Assembly: GCA_977020255.1 (NCBI GenBank)
Contig: CDROCS010002105.1
Location: 186,001 to 250,000 of the forward strand
Direction of reading: 5' to 3'
From: Obrimoposthia wandeli
Taxonomy: Eukaryota
DNA length: 64,000 bases
This document shows positions 10,370 to 20,542 of the stretch, piece after piece. Numbering within the stretch: position 1 is the first letter of the stretch; each line of letters begins with the position of its first letter. The position numbers and the translations under genes are program-made. The notes under the pieces were generated by a model. It did not search any database. It worked only from the letters and a program-made list of their open reading frames with translations, and was not told the origin of the DNA.

Positions 10370-12070
10370 TTACTTCTCCCACTGAATTAACGTGCCTTTT
10401 GGCCAGTCATCACCAAGACCTTGGTATTTATTCTCTAAAATATGTCGTTTGATCTTTAGTGTTGGTGTCAGGATACCGTTTTCAATGGTCCATGGTTCTT
10501 TCACCATGAGCACACCTTTAATTTTAGCGTGCGATTCTAACTCTTTATTGATTGTTTCGATGGTACGTTCAATTTTGTGTTCGTAACGTTTAGGGTCAAA
10601 GTTAGGGAATTCATGAGGAATTGCTAACAAGATAGGTGCAGGCATGCCTGAACCAATGACACACATGGTTTCAATGTTACACAGCTCGAATAAGCGTTTC
10701 TCAATCGGTACTGGTGAAACAAATTTACCTTTGGCTGTTTTAAAGGTGTCTTTAAGGCGTCCTTGAATGGTCAAATAGCCATCTTCATCAAGAAAACCTT
10801 TATCACCGGTATATAACCAACCATCTTCATCGAAACTTTCTTGTGTTGCTTCTTCGTTTTTGTAATAACCAGAGAAAATACCCATACCGCGAACAAGTAT
10901 TTCGTCACCATTTGAAATTTTAATTTCGACGCCAGGGCCCGCATTGCCAACAGTACCAATTTTATCGCTACGGAACGGGTGATTAATCGTGCTATAGGCA
11001 AAAGACTCTGTCATACCCCATGCTTCGGTAATATTGAGGCCAATATTTTCATACCAGCGTAGTAGGGCTGGTGATACTGGTGCTGAACCACAACCAAGCA
11101 TACGTGCTTTATTTAACCCTAAGCCATCGGCAAGTTTGCGTTTGATTACACCCGAAATGAATGGAATTTTAAGCAGTATATTCAGTTTCGCTTGTGGTAA
11201 TTTATCCAGAATACGCTGCTGGAATAGCGTCCATAAGCGCGGAACAGAGATGAATAACGTTGGACGATGCATTTTCACATCATCGATAAAGGTGTCGAGT
11301 GATTCAGGAAAGGCAACTTGCATACCCGCCATGATAGAAGCACCGAAAATGTAAACGCGCTCTGTAATATGTGCAAGCGGTAAGTAAGAGAACAAACGCT
11401 CGCCATCACGCATCCCAATGTGATCGACAATGCGTTGTGCAGACCATGAAAACGAGCCGTATGTAAGCATTGCCCCCTTAGGTAAACCCGAAGTACCCGA
11501 TGTATATACAATTGACATTAATGCGTCTTGAGCATGCTTTGGTCGTTCTTCGCTTGGTGAGTTTTGTTTTATTACAGTATTGAGATCATGCGTACAAGTC
11601 GGTGTGCCGGGGTAGGCAAAAGATATCGTCGGCAAGTCAGGATACTTTTCAACCACAGAATTAACCGCGTTTGCATTGTCCAATTTACCCACGATGAGTA
11701 ATTTTGATTCGCTGTGTGTTACACAGTGCTCAACAGTATCGGCTCCTGCTGTTGGAAATACAGGTACACTGATGTAGCTACCAAGCATTAAGGCTAAATC
11801 AGTAATAAACCATTCAGCACAATTTTTAGACATTAACGCGACTTTATCGCCGGGTTGAATACCCATACCGCGTAAAGCACTAACCAAACGTAGTGCTTTA
11901 TCTGCGACTTCTGCAAACGTATAATCAACGAATTGTCTGTTGATTATTTGTCGAAGATATACCTCATTGGGGCGTTCACTCGCCCACTTTAAGATCATTT
12001 CATTAGGTAAAGGCTGAGCCATAAGCGTTTCCTTTAAACGTTCGGTCTGCAGAGGTAATGTCATATTCAT
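10370..12070 (-). CDS. Long-chain fatty acid--CoA ligase (AMP-binding family)
   Basis: YTSGTSGLPKG adenylation motif, EAWGMTE, GWLYTGD, GRLKD, PTLKIKR. Confidence 0.9.
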   Translation of the reverse strand: MNMTLPLQTERLKETLMAQPLPNEMILKWASERPNEVYLRQIINRQFVDYTFAEVADKALRLVSALRGMGIQPGDKVALMSKNCAEWFITDLALMLGSYISVPVFPTAGADTVEHCVTHSESKLLIVGKLDNANAVNSVVEKYPDLPTISFAYPGTPTCTHDLNTVIKQNSPSEERPKHAQDALMSIVYTSGTSGLPKGAMLTYGSFSWSAQRIVDHIGMRDGERLFSYLPLAHITERVYIFGASIMAGMQVAFPESLDTFIDDVKMHRPTLFISVPRLWTLFQQRILDKLPQAKLNILLKIPFISGVIKRKLADGLGLNKARMLGCGSAPVSPALLRWYENIGLNITEAWGMTESFAYSTINHPFRSDKIGTVGNAGPGVEIKISNGDEILVRGMGIFSGYYKNEEATQESFDEDGWLYTGDKGFLDEDGYLTIQGRLKDTFKTAKGKFVSPVPIEKRLFELCNIETMCVIGSGMPAPILLAIPHEFPNFDPKRYEHKIERTIETINKELESHAKIKGVLMVKEPWTIENGILTPTLKIKRHILENKYQGLGDDWPKGTLIQWEK

Positions 12071-12116
12071 CGCGTCCTTGTGTATGTTATCATAGTGTTA
12101 AACTTAAGGCTTTTTT

Positions 12117-12133
12117 AACTGGTCCGTCAAGTC
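12117..12133 (-). promoter_or_regulatory. Putative FadR operator overlapping the -35 of the acyl-CoA ligase promoter
   Basis: AACTGGTCCGTCAAGTC vs consensus AACTGGTCnGACCAGTT (3 mismatches); the minus strand contains TTGACG with TAAGTT 18 bp downstream. Confidence 0.6.
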
Positions 12134-12370
12134 TAAATTCTAGTCGTGTTTCTGATGGTTAGCATAATTATTAGTGATTTATTTTGTATTATTTTAGCTA
12201 TCCTTAAGAAAAGTAACAATAAATTTAAAACGATCGTATGATTTTTTTGTGTTTAGTAAGTTTATGAAATAACTAAATTTGTTATTATATTATTAATTTT
12301 TATCTAACGCTAAGTGCAACTGGTTGATTATTTTCTGAAAAGTATTTACCAAGGGGCTGAGTGGTGGTGA

Positions 12371-13105
12371 ATGTATATAATAAGAAGAATGGGTGGAATT
12401 GATGTGTTAAAGCATAAAGCTATATTTACCGTGTTTCTAATGATGACAAGTACGCTAGTACAAGCAAACTGGGATTATCCCGATTACCCTAAAAAGGGCT
12501 ATCGAACTATTGATGATGTAATTAAGCGTTATTCTCCTATTTTAGAGCCCCGTATTTCACTTATGTTTGAACAGGTTGGTGTACAATATCCACCAGAACA
12601 AGTCGCACTATTTGCCTTAAAAGAAGAAATGCAAGTTGAGTTATGGGCAAAAGATGGAGAGGCTTGGGTTTATATTAAACGGTATGATATTGCGAAAATT
12701 AGCGGGAAATCCGGTCCCAAACTACGCGAGGGTGATCATCAAGTGCCTGAAGGTATATACCAAGTTATCGGTCTTAATCCCAATAGTAAGTATCACCTTT
12801 CAGTGCAATTAAATTACCCCAATGTATTTGATTTAAAATATGCACAGTTAGAAGGACGTAATCGCCCAGGGTCTAATATCTTTATTCATGGTAAAGCGAA
12901 GTCTGTTGGTTGTTTAGCCATGGGAGATATTGCCATTGAAGAGCTATTTCTTTTGGTTGAACGAACTAAAATTCAGAATGTGCAAGTGGTTATTAGTCCT
13001 TCAGATCCTCGAAAGGGGCCACTTGTTCCTGCATACGGGCAACCTTCTTGGGTAACACAACTCTATCGAGATATTGAAAAGGAAGCCGAAAAGTTTGGGC
13101 GCTAG
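12371..13105 (+). CDS. YkuD/L,D-transpeptidase family protein, YafK/DpaA-like
   Basis: REGDHQVPEGIY and IFIHG-x4-VGCLAM catalytic His/Cys; the true start may be the GTG near 12404. Confidence 0.8.
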   Translation: MYIIRRMGGIDVLKHKAIFTVFLMMTSTLVQANWDYPDYPKKGYRTIDDVIKRYSPILEPRISLMFEQVGVQYPPEQVALFALKEEMQVELWAKDGEAWVYIKRYDIAKISGKSGPKLREGDHQVPEGIYQVIGLNPNSKYHLSVQLNYPNVFDLKYAQLEGRNRPGSNIFIHGKAKSVGCLAMGDIAIEELFLLVERTKIQNVQVVISPSDPRKGPLVPAYGQPSWVTQLYRDIEKEAEKFGR

Positions 13106-13384
13106 GCTCTATTGAAAGATCAACAGATCTTGGTTGTTTGGACTAAGTGCTGAGCATGAATACCTGATTTCGTGTATACAAAATGTGATGTTTTACGAAA
13201 ATTTTCATTTTTAACCGCTTTTTAGTTATGGTTTTGATAAAAAATGATAATGATACTAGTTAACGGAATATCATTTTGTAATACTGGTGAAAGATACTAA
13301 CTAAAAGAACATCATATTAGCTATTTGGGCCTGCACTCAATAGAAGCTGTTGATTAAAACATCTAGATACAGAGCCAACTAATT

Positions 13385-13846
13385 ATGCCAAAGCGTAGCA
13401 AAGAAGATACAGAGATAACTATCCAAACAATTATGGATGCTGTTGTTGATCAAATTTTACGATTAGGTTACGACAAAATGTCGTATACAACATTGAGTAA
13501 TCAAACGGGTATTTCTCGCACAGGGATCAGCCATCACTTTCCAAAAAAACAAGATTTTGCTAATGCACTTGATGGTCGTATCTTTCGTTTGTTTGTCGAA
13601 AGATTGAATCTTGAAAATGGTCTTGAGGCATTTGTGGCTAGCTGGGTTGAAGCGCTTGAAGATGAAAAGTTTCGTGCGATCTTACGTTTACTATTTCATC
13701 ATATTGTTTCAGCTGAAAATTCAAATGAATTTGCTCTGCGTGGTATTGAGCGCTTATATGCCATGTGCAAAGAACGTTACGGAGACAATAGCATTAAAGA
13801 GCTGGAATGGTTATTGGGTAAATCGCTAATCAGCCTTGCTCGTTAA
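13385..13846 (+). CDS. TetR/AcrR family transcriptional regulator
   Basis: N-terminal HTH (GYDKMSYTTLSNQTGISRTGISHHFPKK); 153 aa. Confidence 0.85.
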   Translation: MPKRSKEDTEITIQTIMDAVVDQILRLGYDKMSYTTLSNQTGISRTGISHHFPKKQDFANALDGRIFRLFVERLNLENGLEAFVASWVEALEDEKFRAILRLLFHHIVSAENSNEFALRGIERLYAMCKERYGDNSIKELEWLLGKSLISLAR

Positions 13847-13901
13847 TCTCGTCTCTATAAGCGCGAGTTAAACAAGCCACAAGAGCTACGTAATGAATAA
13901 T

Positions 13902-13933
13902 AAAAAACGGTCTACATGAGTAGATCGTTTTTT
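13902..13933 (+). terminator. Intrinsic terminator after the TetR gene
   Basis: AAAAAACGGTCTAC-ATGA-GTAGATCGTTTTTT. Confidence 0.75.
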
Positions 13934-14161
13934 GTTTGTTTCTTATCTTATCTGTTTCCGAAACACAGATAAAACCTGCTACGATCAATGTTCTAGAAAT
14001 AATTGGTTGCGTAATTTAATTCTTAAGTACTCTATTCTAGTCATTTGGTAAGAATTATTTATTTACTTAATGATTATTAACCCTATCAATAGTAAGTTGT
14101 ATTATAGAGTCAATGCTCTAAAATGGGCGTAAATCAGCCAAATACAAAGGCTTAAAAGGGT

Positions 14162-15586
14162 TTGAAAATGAAAATAAAGCCATTTGCACTAAAGCAATTG
14201 GCCGTTGCTATTTTGGTATTATCACCAAGTGTTCAAGCTGCATCAGTCAGCTTTAATGAGGCATGGCAAACGGTTTTAACAAGCAGTGATGCACTAGCTG
14301 CAGAGCGCGCAAATGTAGATAAAGCAAGGCACTTACAAGATGCAACGAGCGATCTGTATTTACCTGATATAAGTGTATCTGCTAACTACACGAGGCTTGA
14401 TAAACCAATCGAGGTTTCACCGTCTGATTTGTTGGGTAGTATGCCTGCTGGTGATTCATTATCTAATATTTTATCGGCCATTTTGGGACCCAATGCAGCC
14501 AATTTAGATCAGCAATTTACTTCTCAATTGACCGACCGTGATATTTTTACCAGCTCAATTCGTGCTATTTGGCCTATTTTTACCGGTGGGCGTATTAATG
14601 CCGCACAAGACATCGCGAAGGGTAAAACCGAAGAAGCCAAATATATGCTTGTTATGCAACAGCAAGCTAAATTTGAAGATTTAACCAAATTCTATTTTGG
14701 TGTCGTGCTAACTGAGCAAGTGTTACAGACTCGGATTGATGTAGAGCAAGGCCTGAAAAAACACCTAGATCATGCACAGAAAATGGAACAACAGGGGCAA
14801 ATTGCCAAAGTTGAACGTCTTCAGGCTGAAGCCTCTTATGATAAAGCGCGTGTCGATCGTCAAAAATCAGCACGTGATTTAGAAATAGCACAGGTGGCTT
14901 TAACCAAACTTCTCAAATTTAATACCCCTGTGATGCCGTCAACCACTCTTTTTACCAATGAATCGCTACCGCCAATGGATGCATTTATTGATAAAACCCT
15001 TGCAGACTATCCTGGGTTGGGAATTTTAGACGCAAAGAAAAAGCAAGCAAGCGGCGTTATTGATGTCGAGAAAGGGAAGTATTACCCCGAAGTGTACCTA
15101 TACGGTAATTATAGCTTGTATGAAGATGATACATTAGCCAGCAAGACGGCACCAGATTGGGCTGTTGGGTTAGGCGTGAGTATTCCGATTGTTGATACGT
15201 CAGGCCGTTCAGGAAAAGTAAAAGCTGCTCACAGTGCAGTAACACAAGTGAATTATCTTCGTGCGCAAGCAGAGCAAGATCTTTCTGTTCTGGTTGAAAA
15301 AACGTACCGAGAAGCGAATCAATCATTAGAAGAATACAACGGATTGAAATCGAGCCTTGCATTAGCCGAAGAAAATGTACGACTGCGTGAAAAAGCATTC
15401 AGTCAGGGGTTATCAACGTCGCTTGAGGTTGTTGATGCCGAAATGTATTTAGCGGGAGTGAAAACTCAACAATTGGCAGCTGCATACCAGTATGTTATTT
15501 CGTTATCGCGTTTATTGGCAGTAAGTGGTGAAATGAACAGTTTCAATCAGTATCAACAATATCAAGGTCTTGAGGTTAAACAATGA
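14162..15586 (+). CDS. TolC-family outer membrane efflux protein
   Basis: Signal peptide and two OEP repeats (LYLPDISVSANY, YYPEVYLYGNY); start is possibly the ATG at 14168. Confidence 0.88.
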   Translation: MKMKIKPFALKQLAVAILVLSPSVQAASVSFNEAWQTVLTSSDALAAERANVDKARHLQDATSDLYLPDISVSANYTRLDKPIEVSPSDLLGSMPAGDSLSNILSAILGPNAANLDQQFTSQLTDRDIFTSSIRAIWPIFTGGRINAAQDIAKGKTEEAKYMLVMQQQAKFEDLTKFYFGVVLTEQVLQTRIDVEQGLKKHLDHAQKMEQQGQIAKVERLQAEASYDKARVDRQKSARDLEIAQVALTKLLKFNTPVMPSTTLFTNESLPPMDAFIDKTLADYPGLGILDAKKKQASGVIDVEKGKYYPEVYLYGNYSLYEDDTLASKTAPDWAVGLGVSIPIVDTSGRSGKVKAAHSAVTQVNYLRAQAEQDLSVLVEKTYREANQSLEEYNGLKSSLALAEENVRLREKAFSQGLSTSLEVVDAEMYLAGVKTQQLAAAYQYVISLSRLLAVSGEMNSFNQYQQYQGLEVKQ

Positions 15587-16560
15587 GTAAGTTAAAGCCA
15601 TTAGCGGTAGTGATACCTGCTGTAGCATTAGTCGGTTGGTTAGGTTACACCTTCTGGCTGGCTTATCAGCCTCAAGCAGAACGCATGCAAGGTCAGATTG
15701 AAGCACAACAATATAATATTTCATCGAAAGTACCGGGACGTGTTGATGAAGTCTTCGTACGAAAGGGTGATCAGGTTGAGCGTGGGCAGCTAATCTTTAC
15801 GCTACTTAGCCCAGAAATCGACGCGAAATTAATGCAAGCCAAAGCGGGCCAACAAGCTGCGGGCGCGATGGCAGAGCAAGCTGAAAAAGGGGCGCGAGTA
15901 CAAGAAATAGCCGCCGCACGGGATCAGTGGCAAAAAGCCAAAGCAGCCTCTACCCTAATGAAAAAAACTTATAAGCGTATCGACAACCTCTATAAAGATG
16001 GCGTTATTGCAGAACAAAAACGTGATGAAGCGTACACGCAATGGCAAGCCTCGCGTTACACCGAACAAGCTGCTTATCAAATGTTTGGTATGGCAAGTGA
16101 AGGTGCACGTGTTGAAACCAAACGCGCAGCGATGGAAAAAGAAAGAATGGCTGCGGGTGCTGTAGCAGAAGTAGAAGCGTATGCGGCTGATACTAAAATT
16201 ACCAGTTGGCATAACGGTGAAGTGACACAAGTGTTGTTACATGGTGGCGAGCTGGCACCTCAAGGTTTTCCTGTCGTAAGTGTTATTGATATGAATGACG
16301 CGTGGGCTGTATTTCATGTCCGTGAAGACCGTTTAAGCGAGTTTAATCAAGGTACAATTGTCGATGCTATGATTCCAGCATTGGGTGATGAGGCATATAG
16401 CTTCAAGGTGACACATGTTGCCGTGATGGGCGATTTTGCTACGTGGCGTGCGACAGATGCTTCACAAGGATTTGATATGCGTACATTTGAGGTTGAAGCA
16501 CGCCCAATGGAAGCTATCGAAGGCTTACGTGTTGGTATGAGTGTCATTTTAGAGCAGTAA
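15583..16560 (+). CDS. HlyD-family membrane fusion protein
   Basis: N-terminal TM, ISSKVPGRVDEVFVRKGDQV biotinyl-like motif, coiled coil; ATGA overlap with the TolC gene. Confidence 0.9.
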   Translation: MSKLKPLAVVIPAVALVGWLGYTFWLAYQPQAERMQGQIEAQQYNISSKVPGRVDEVFVRKGDQVERGQLIFTLLSPEIDAKLMQAKAGQQAAGAMAEQAEKGARVQEIAAARDQWQKAKAASTLMKKTYKRIDNLYKDGVIAEQKRDEAYTQWQASRYTEQAAYQMFGMASEGARVETKRAAMEKERMAAGAVAEVEAYAADTKITSWHNGEVTQVLLHGGELAPQGFPVVSVIDMNDAWAVFHVREDRLSEFNQGTIVDAMIPALGDEAYSFKVTHVAVMGDFATWRATDASQGFDMRTFEVEARPMEAIEGLRVGMSVILEQ

Positions 16561-16563
16561 TTT

Positions 16564-17772
16564 ATGGTTTTTTCTACACAATGTTACCGTGAGTGGCGAA
16601 TACTTGTATCTGACAGTTGGCTAAAAGCCATGGTTTTTTGGTTGCCTGTTGTATTGTTTTTTAGTATGTGGCTGATTTTCTCTGCGGGTATCGCGCGTGA
16701 CCTGCCTATTGGTGTTGTTGATCTTGACCATAGCCGCTTGTCTCGTGGTTTAGTACGTTATTATGACGCGAGCCCAACATTGGCTGTCACTAATGTTTAT
16801 ACGTCTGCGACAGAGGGGAGTCACGCACTCAAAAATGCAGATATATATGCGTTGGTCGTACTACCAGCCCAATTAGAGAAAGATACGTTATTAGGACGTG
16901 CTCCTGAAGTAACGGCTTTTTATAATAGCCAATATATATTAGTGGGTAAGCTGATCAATTCTGCGATGGTGCAAGCCCAAGGGACTTATACCGCAGGAAT
17001 CGACACGCTAAAAAACATGGCAAATGGTTCACCTGTTCCATTGCAAGCATTGGGTCAGGCTATTCCGATTCAAAGTCAGATTACGCCATTATTTAATAGC
17101 AATAGTCACTATGGGCAATTCTTGGTTTCTGCCGCAATACCTGCTATCTGGCAGATATTGATAGTAGCCACTACGGTATTGGCTATGTCTGCTGAATTTC
17201 GGCAAAAAGGTATATCGGCATGGCTAGCAAATAGTCCGATTAATCACGTTATTGCAAAACTACTGCCCTATACCCTGTTGTTTTGGTTACAAGGCTTCAT
17301 ATTCTTGTGGGCAATGTACGGTGTGCTTGAATGGCCGATGCACGGCAGTTGGTTTATTTTGATTTTGTCGCAATTACTGATGGTTGTGGCTTGTCAAAGT
17401 ATGGGTGCTGCGTTCTTTTTGTTAACTCTCGATTCAACACGCGCAATAAGCTTAGTGGCTGGGTTTACTGCGCCTGCCTTTGCCTTCATGGGGGTTACTT
17501 TTCCTGCGACGGATATGCCGTTTTTAGCGCAGCTATGGCGAGCGATGTTACCTGTTAGTCATTATATAGAAATTCAAATTCAGCAGGTCGATTATGGCGC
17601 TTCACTCGCAGCCGCCATGCCCAATATGCTTGCCTTAATGTGTTTCGGGTTTGTTTTACTGATTGCGATGATGAAAGCGAAGAAAATTGCCACCATTTCT
17701 AATGGCGCTGTAAATGCAGTAACTAAGAATGCTGTGTCGAAACATTCTGATAATAAAGGAACGCAAGCATGA
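16564..17772 (+). CDS. ABC-2 type permease (YbhS-like)
   Basis: TM, large periplasmic domain (LPIGVVDLDHS), then 5 TMs. Confidence 0.85.
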   Translation: MVFSTQCYREWRILVSDSWLKAMVFWLPVVLFFSMWLIFSAGIARDLPIGVVDLDHSRLSRGLVRYYDASPTLAVTNVYTSATEGSHALKNADIYALVVLPAQLEKDTLLGRAPEVTAFYNSQYILVGKLINSAMVQAQGTYTAGIDTLKNMANGSPVPLQALGQAIPIQSQITPLFNSNSHYGQFLVSAAIPAIWQILIVATTVLAMSAEFRQKGISAWLANSPINHVIAKLLPYTLLFWLQGFIFLWAMYGVLEWPMHGSWFILILSQLLMVVACQSMGAAFFLLTLDSTRAISLVAGFTAPAFAFMGVTFPATDMPFLAQLWRAMLPVSHYIEIQIQQVDYGASLAAAMPNMLALMCFGFVLLIAMMKAKKIATISNGAVNAVTKNAVSKHSDNKGTQA

Positions 17773-18941
17773 GTTGGCGTACGCTTTTCAAGTTTGAATT
17801 GACGGCAATTTTTACTAATCCGTCACTGCTTTTTACAGTGTTTGGTGGTGTGTTAATTTATTCGTTTCTTTATCCCTTGCCGTATTCTCAGCAGTTACCA
17901 CGCGAGCAAGCAATAGCGGTAGTGAATTTGGATAATAGCCAAATGAGCAGAGAACTAGAGCGCATGGTTGATGCCACGCCTCAAGTGCATATTGCTAAGC
18001 ATGTTTATAATATTGAAGAAGCCAAGTCATTACTGATTAAAGGTGATGTACATGGGTTGATGGTGATACCCACTAATTTTTATCGTGATGTACTATTGGG
18101 GAAAAGCCCAACGGTTGCGTACGCGGGCGATGCGGCCTATTTCTTAGTGTACGGTACGATAGTCGAAGGTTTAGCAACTGCTGGTGGCACTTTGGGGGCT
18201 AAAGCTAAAGTCTCTCGTATGGTGATGTCCGGTGATAACCTTGTATTAGCATCAGAACAGTATTCGGCAATGAAGCTGAATATGCGCCCAGTATTTAACC
18301 CTACGATGGGATACATCAACTATGTTGTACCTGCGGTATTCGTGTTGATCTTGCAGCAAACATTGATGATTGCTGCCGGAATACTGGGTGGCGGTCAGAA
18401 TGAATATCGCTTACAAGGTGGTACAGGATATTGGTTACGTTACAGTGCATGGAAAATCGTGCTAGTTCGTACCCTCTTACTAGTGTTGATATATATCCCG
18501 CTTGTTGCCTATTATTTTGGTTATAGTTTCTCTAGTTATCATATAAGCCGCTTAGCGTCGATATCTGATTTAGTCGCAATGACCATTCCATTTTTACTGG
18601 CGGTTATCTTCGTTGGAATAATCATTGGTCAGCTTATTCCTCGTCGTGAATTAGCCACATTAATTATCTTGTTAAGCTCATTACCTTTAGTTTTTGCAGC
18701 AGGTTTTATTTGGCCTGTATCGGCAATTCCTGCTCCGATTAATGCACTCGCTCAGTTAGCGCCATCAACGCCCGCAATAAACGGTTTCTTGCGGTTGAAC
18801 CAGATGGGAGCAAGCTTTGAACAGGTGATTAATTGGTGGGGGCAGTTATGGCTGCAAGCACTGGTATACGGTTGTATCGCTGTGTTTCTTGTTAAGCGAA
18901 ATCAAGAGCAAGGCAACGTGAAACAAGTGCCATCGGAATAA
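17769..18941 (+). CDS. ABC-2 type permease (YbhR-like)
   Basis: IAVVNLDNS, FNPTMGYINYVVPAV, FAAGFIWP; ATGA overlap with the previous gene. Confidence 0.85.
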   Translation: MSWRTLFKFELTAIFTNPSLLFTVFGGVLIYSFLYPLPYSQQLPREQAIAVVNLDNSQMSRELERMVDATPQVHIAKHVYNIEEAKSLLIKGDVHGLMVIPTNFYRDVLLGKSPTVAYAGDAAYFLVYGTIVEGLATAGGTLGAKAKVSRMVMSGDNLVLASEQYSAMKLNMRPVFNPTMGYINYVVPAVFVLILQQTLMIAAGILGGGQNEYRLQGGTGYWLRYSAWKIVLVRTLLLVLIYIPLVAYYFGYSFSSYHISRLASISDLVAMTIPFLLAVIFVGIIIGQLIPRRELATLIILLSSLPLVFAAGFIWPVSAIPAPINALAQLAPSTPAINGFLRLNQMGASFEQVINWWGQLWLQALVYGCIAVFLVKRNQEQGNVKQVPSE

Positions 18942-18980
18942 TCAGAAGTTGTTATAACACGATATATAACAGTCTAAAGT

Positions 18981-19014
18981 AAAAAGCCTGATGAGATAAT
19001 CATCAGGCTTTTTT
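18981..19014. terminator. Bidirectional terminator
   Basis: AAAAAGCCTGATG-AGATAAT-CATCAGGCTTTTTT between convergent genes. Confidence 0.85.
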
Positions 19015-19039
19015 AGATGTTCAGCATCTTCGATGGTTG

Positions 19040-19957
19040 CTATAGGCTTTGATTTAAATCCCAAGATACTGACTTTTCATCAATATAGTTTTTTAGATAC
19101 GCTAAGAAGAGACTTATTTTTGCAGGAATATGTTTCCTTTCTGGCAGCATCGCATAGATGGCATGTTTGGGCAGTTCATATTCAGGCATTATCGAAATCA
19201 AGTTACCTTGTTCGATCGCAGAACCAACAATGAAGGTTGGCATCTGACAAATACCTAATCCAGCCAATAATCCTTCAAATAAAGCATCACTATTATTAAC
19301 GCAATAGTTACCTTTTGGCACGACACTAATTTGTCCTTCTGTGCCATTAAAGCGCCATTCAGATCCTGCTTGAAAATAGGAATAACTTAAGCAGTTATGA
19401 TCAGCAAGATCGAGTGGTGTACTTGGTGTGCCATGTTTTTTAAGGTAATCAGGGGATGCACATAACACGCTATGGCAGGGAGCGATACGCTTAGCGATAA
19501 GACTGGAATCAGGTAGTTTCCCAATACGTATTGCGATATCGAAACTACCCGATATTAAATCGACGACCTTGTCATCCATCATCATCTCGACTTTGATCTT
19601 CGGATTGTCTTGCAAGAATTTTGGAATCATAGGCGCAATATGTAAGCGTCCGAATACCATAGGCACATTGAGCCTTAATATTCCTTGCGGTTGCTCTTGT
19701 AGCATTGATATTACATCTTCGCCTTCATTCGCAATTGTCAGGGCATTACGAGCATAATCGAAGTATTTCTCACCAGCTTCGGTTAAGCTTAAACGTCTGG
19801 TCGTACGTTGTAATAGCTGTATACCAAGCTTGGCTTCGAGCTGGCTTATTCGTTTACTGACTGCTGACTTGGTTACTCCTAACTTTTCTCCCGCTAGAGA
19901 AAAACTGCCACATTCTACCACTGCTACAAAGACTGGAATTGCAGAGAAAACATCCAT
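19040..19957 (-). CDS. LysR family transcriptional regulator (CrgA-like)
   Basis: HTH FVAVVECGSFSLAG...LLQRTTRRLSLTEAG and a substrate-binding domain. Confidence 0.93.
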   Translation of the reverse strand: MDVFSAIPVFVAVVECGSFSLAGEKLGVTKSAVSKRISQLEAKLGIQLLQRTTRRLSLTEAGEKYFDYARNALTIANEGEDVISMLQEQPQGILRLNVPMVFGRLHIAPMIPKFLQDNPKIKVEMMMDDKVVDLISGSFDIAIRIGKLPDSSLIAKRIAPCHSVLCASPDYLKKHGTPSTPLDLADHNCLSYSYFQAGSEWRFNGTEGQISVVPKGNYCVNNSDALFEGLLAGLGICQMPTFIVGSAIEQGNLISIMPEYELPKHAIYAMLPERKHIPAKISLFLAYLKNYIDEKSVSWDLNQSL

Positions 19958-20059
19958 ACTGTCAACATATACTCAACTATGATTTTCCAAACGATATATT
20001 ATCAATAAAATAATAACAATATAAAATATAGCCATTGTAATTTATGTGGTGAATAACCG

Positions 20060-20542
20060 ATGGCTGTACCTAATTTTAATATTGTTCTTGCACTTATTGG
20101 CGGTGCCTTATTAGCCCTTATGATTAAATTGAATAGCGCTTTAGCCTTTTTTACATCACCAGTTGCTGCCTCTTGGACTGCACACCTAGTGGGTACCATA
20201 ATTGCGCTTTTATTGATGGCAATAGTCAGTAAAAAAATTCAGCCTAAAGCTGTGAATATAAACCAAAGTGCGACTAATGTTTCAGCCCCTTTGTGGAGCT
20301 ACTTTGGCGGTATTCCTGGTGCTTTAGTCGTGATGTTGGCAGCTGTAACGGTAAATAGTGAGTTAGGCTTGGCAGGTACTTTAGTTTTGGGCTTATTAGG
20401 TCAAGTTTGTTTTGGCCTGACGTGTGATTATTTTGGTCTGTTTGGTGTGATGAAAAAAGAGTTAAAACGCGATCAATTATTTACTATCTTACCTATTCTT
20501 GCTGGCAGTTTTTTGATTATATTTTTTAGGGGCACAGTATGA
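20060..20542 (+). CDS. DMT family transporter subunit (YdcZ/DUF606-like)
   Basis: 5 TM; LNSALA, WSYFGGIPGA, GQVCFGLTCDYFGLFG. Confidence 0.8.
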   Translation: MAVPNFNIVLALIGGALLALMIKLNSALAFFTSPVAASWTAHLVGTIIALLLMAIVSKKIQPKAVNINQSATNVSAPLWSYFGGIPGALVVMLAAVTVNSELGLAGTLVLGLLGQVCFGLTCDYFGLFGVMKKELKRDQLFTILPILAGSFLIIFFRGTV

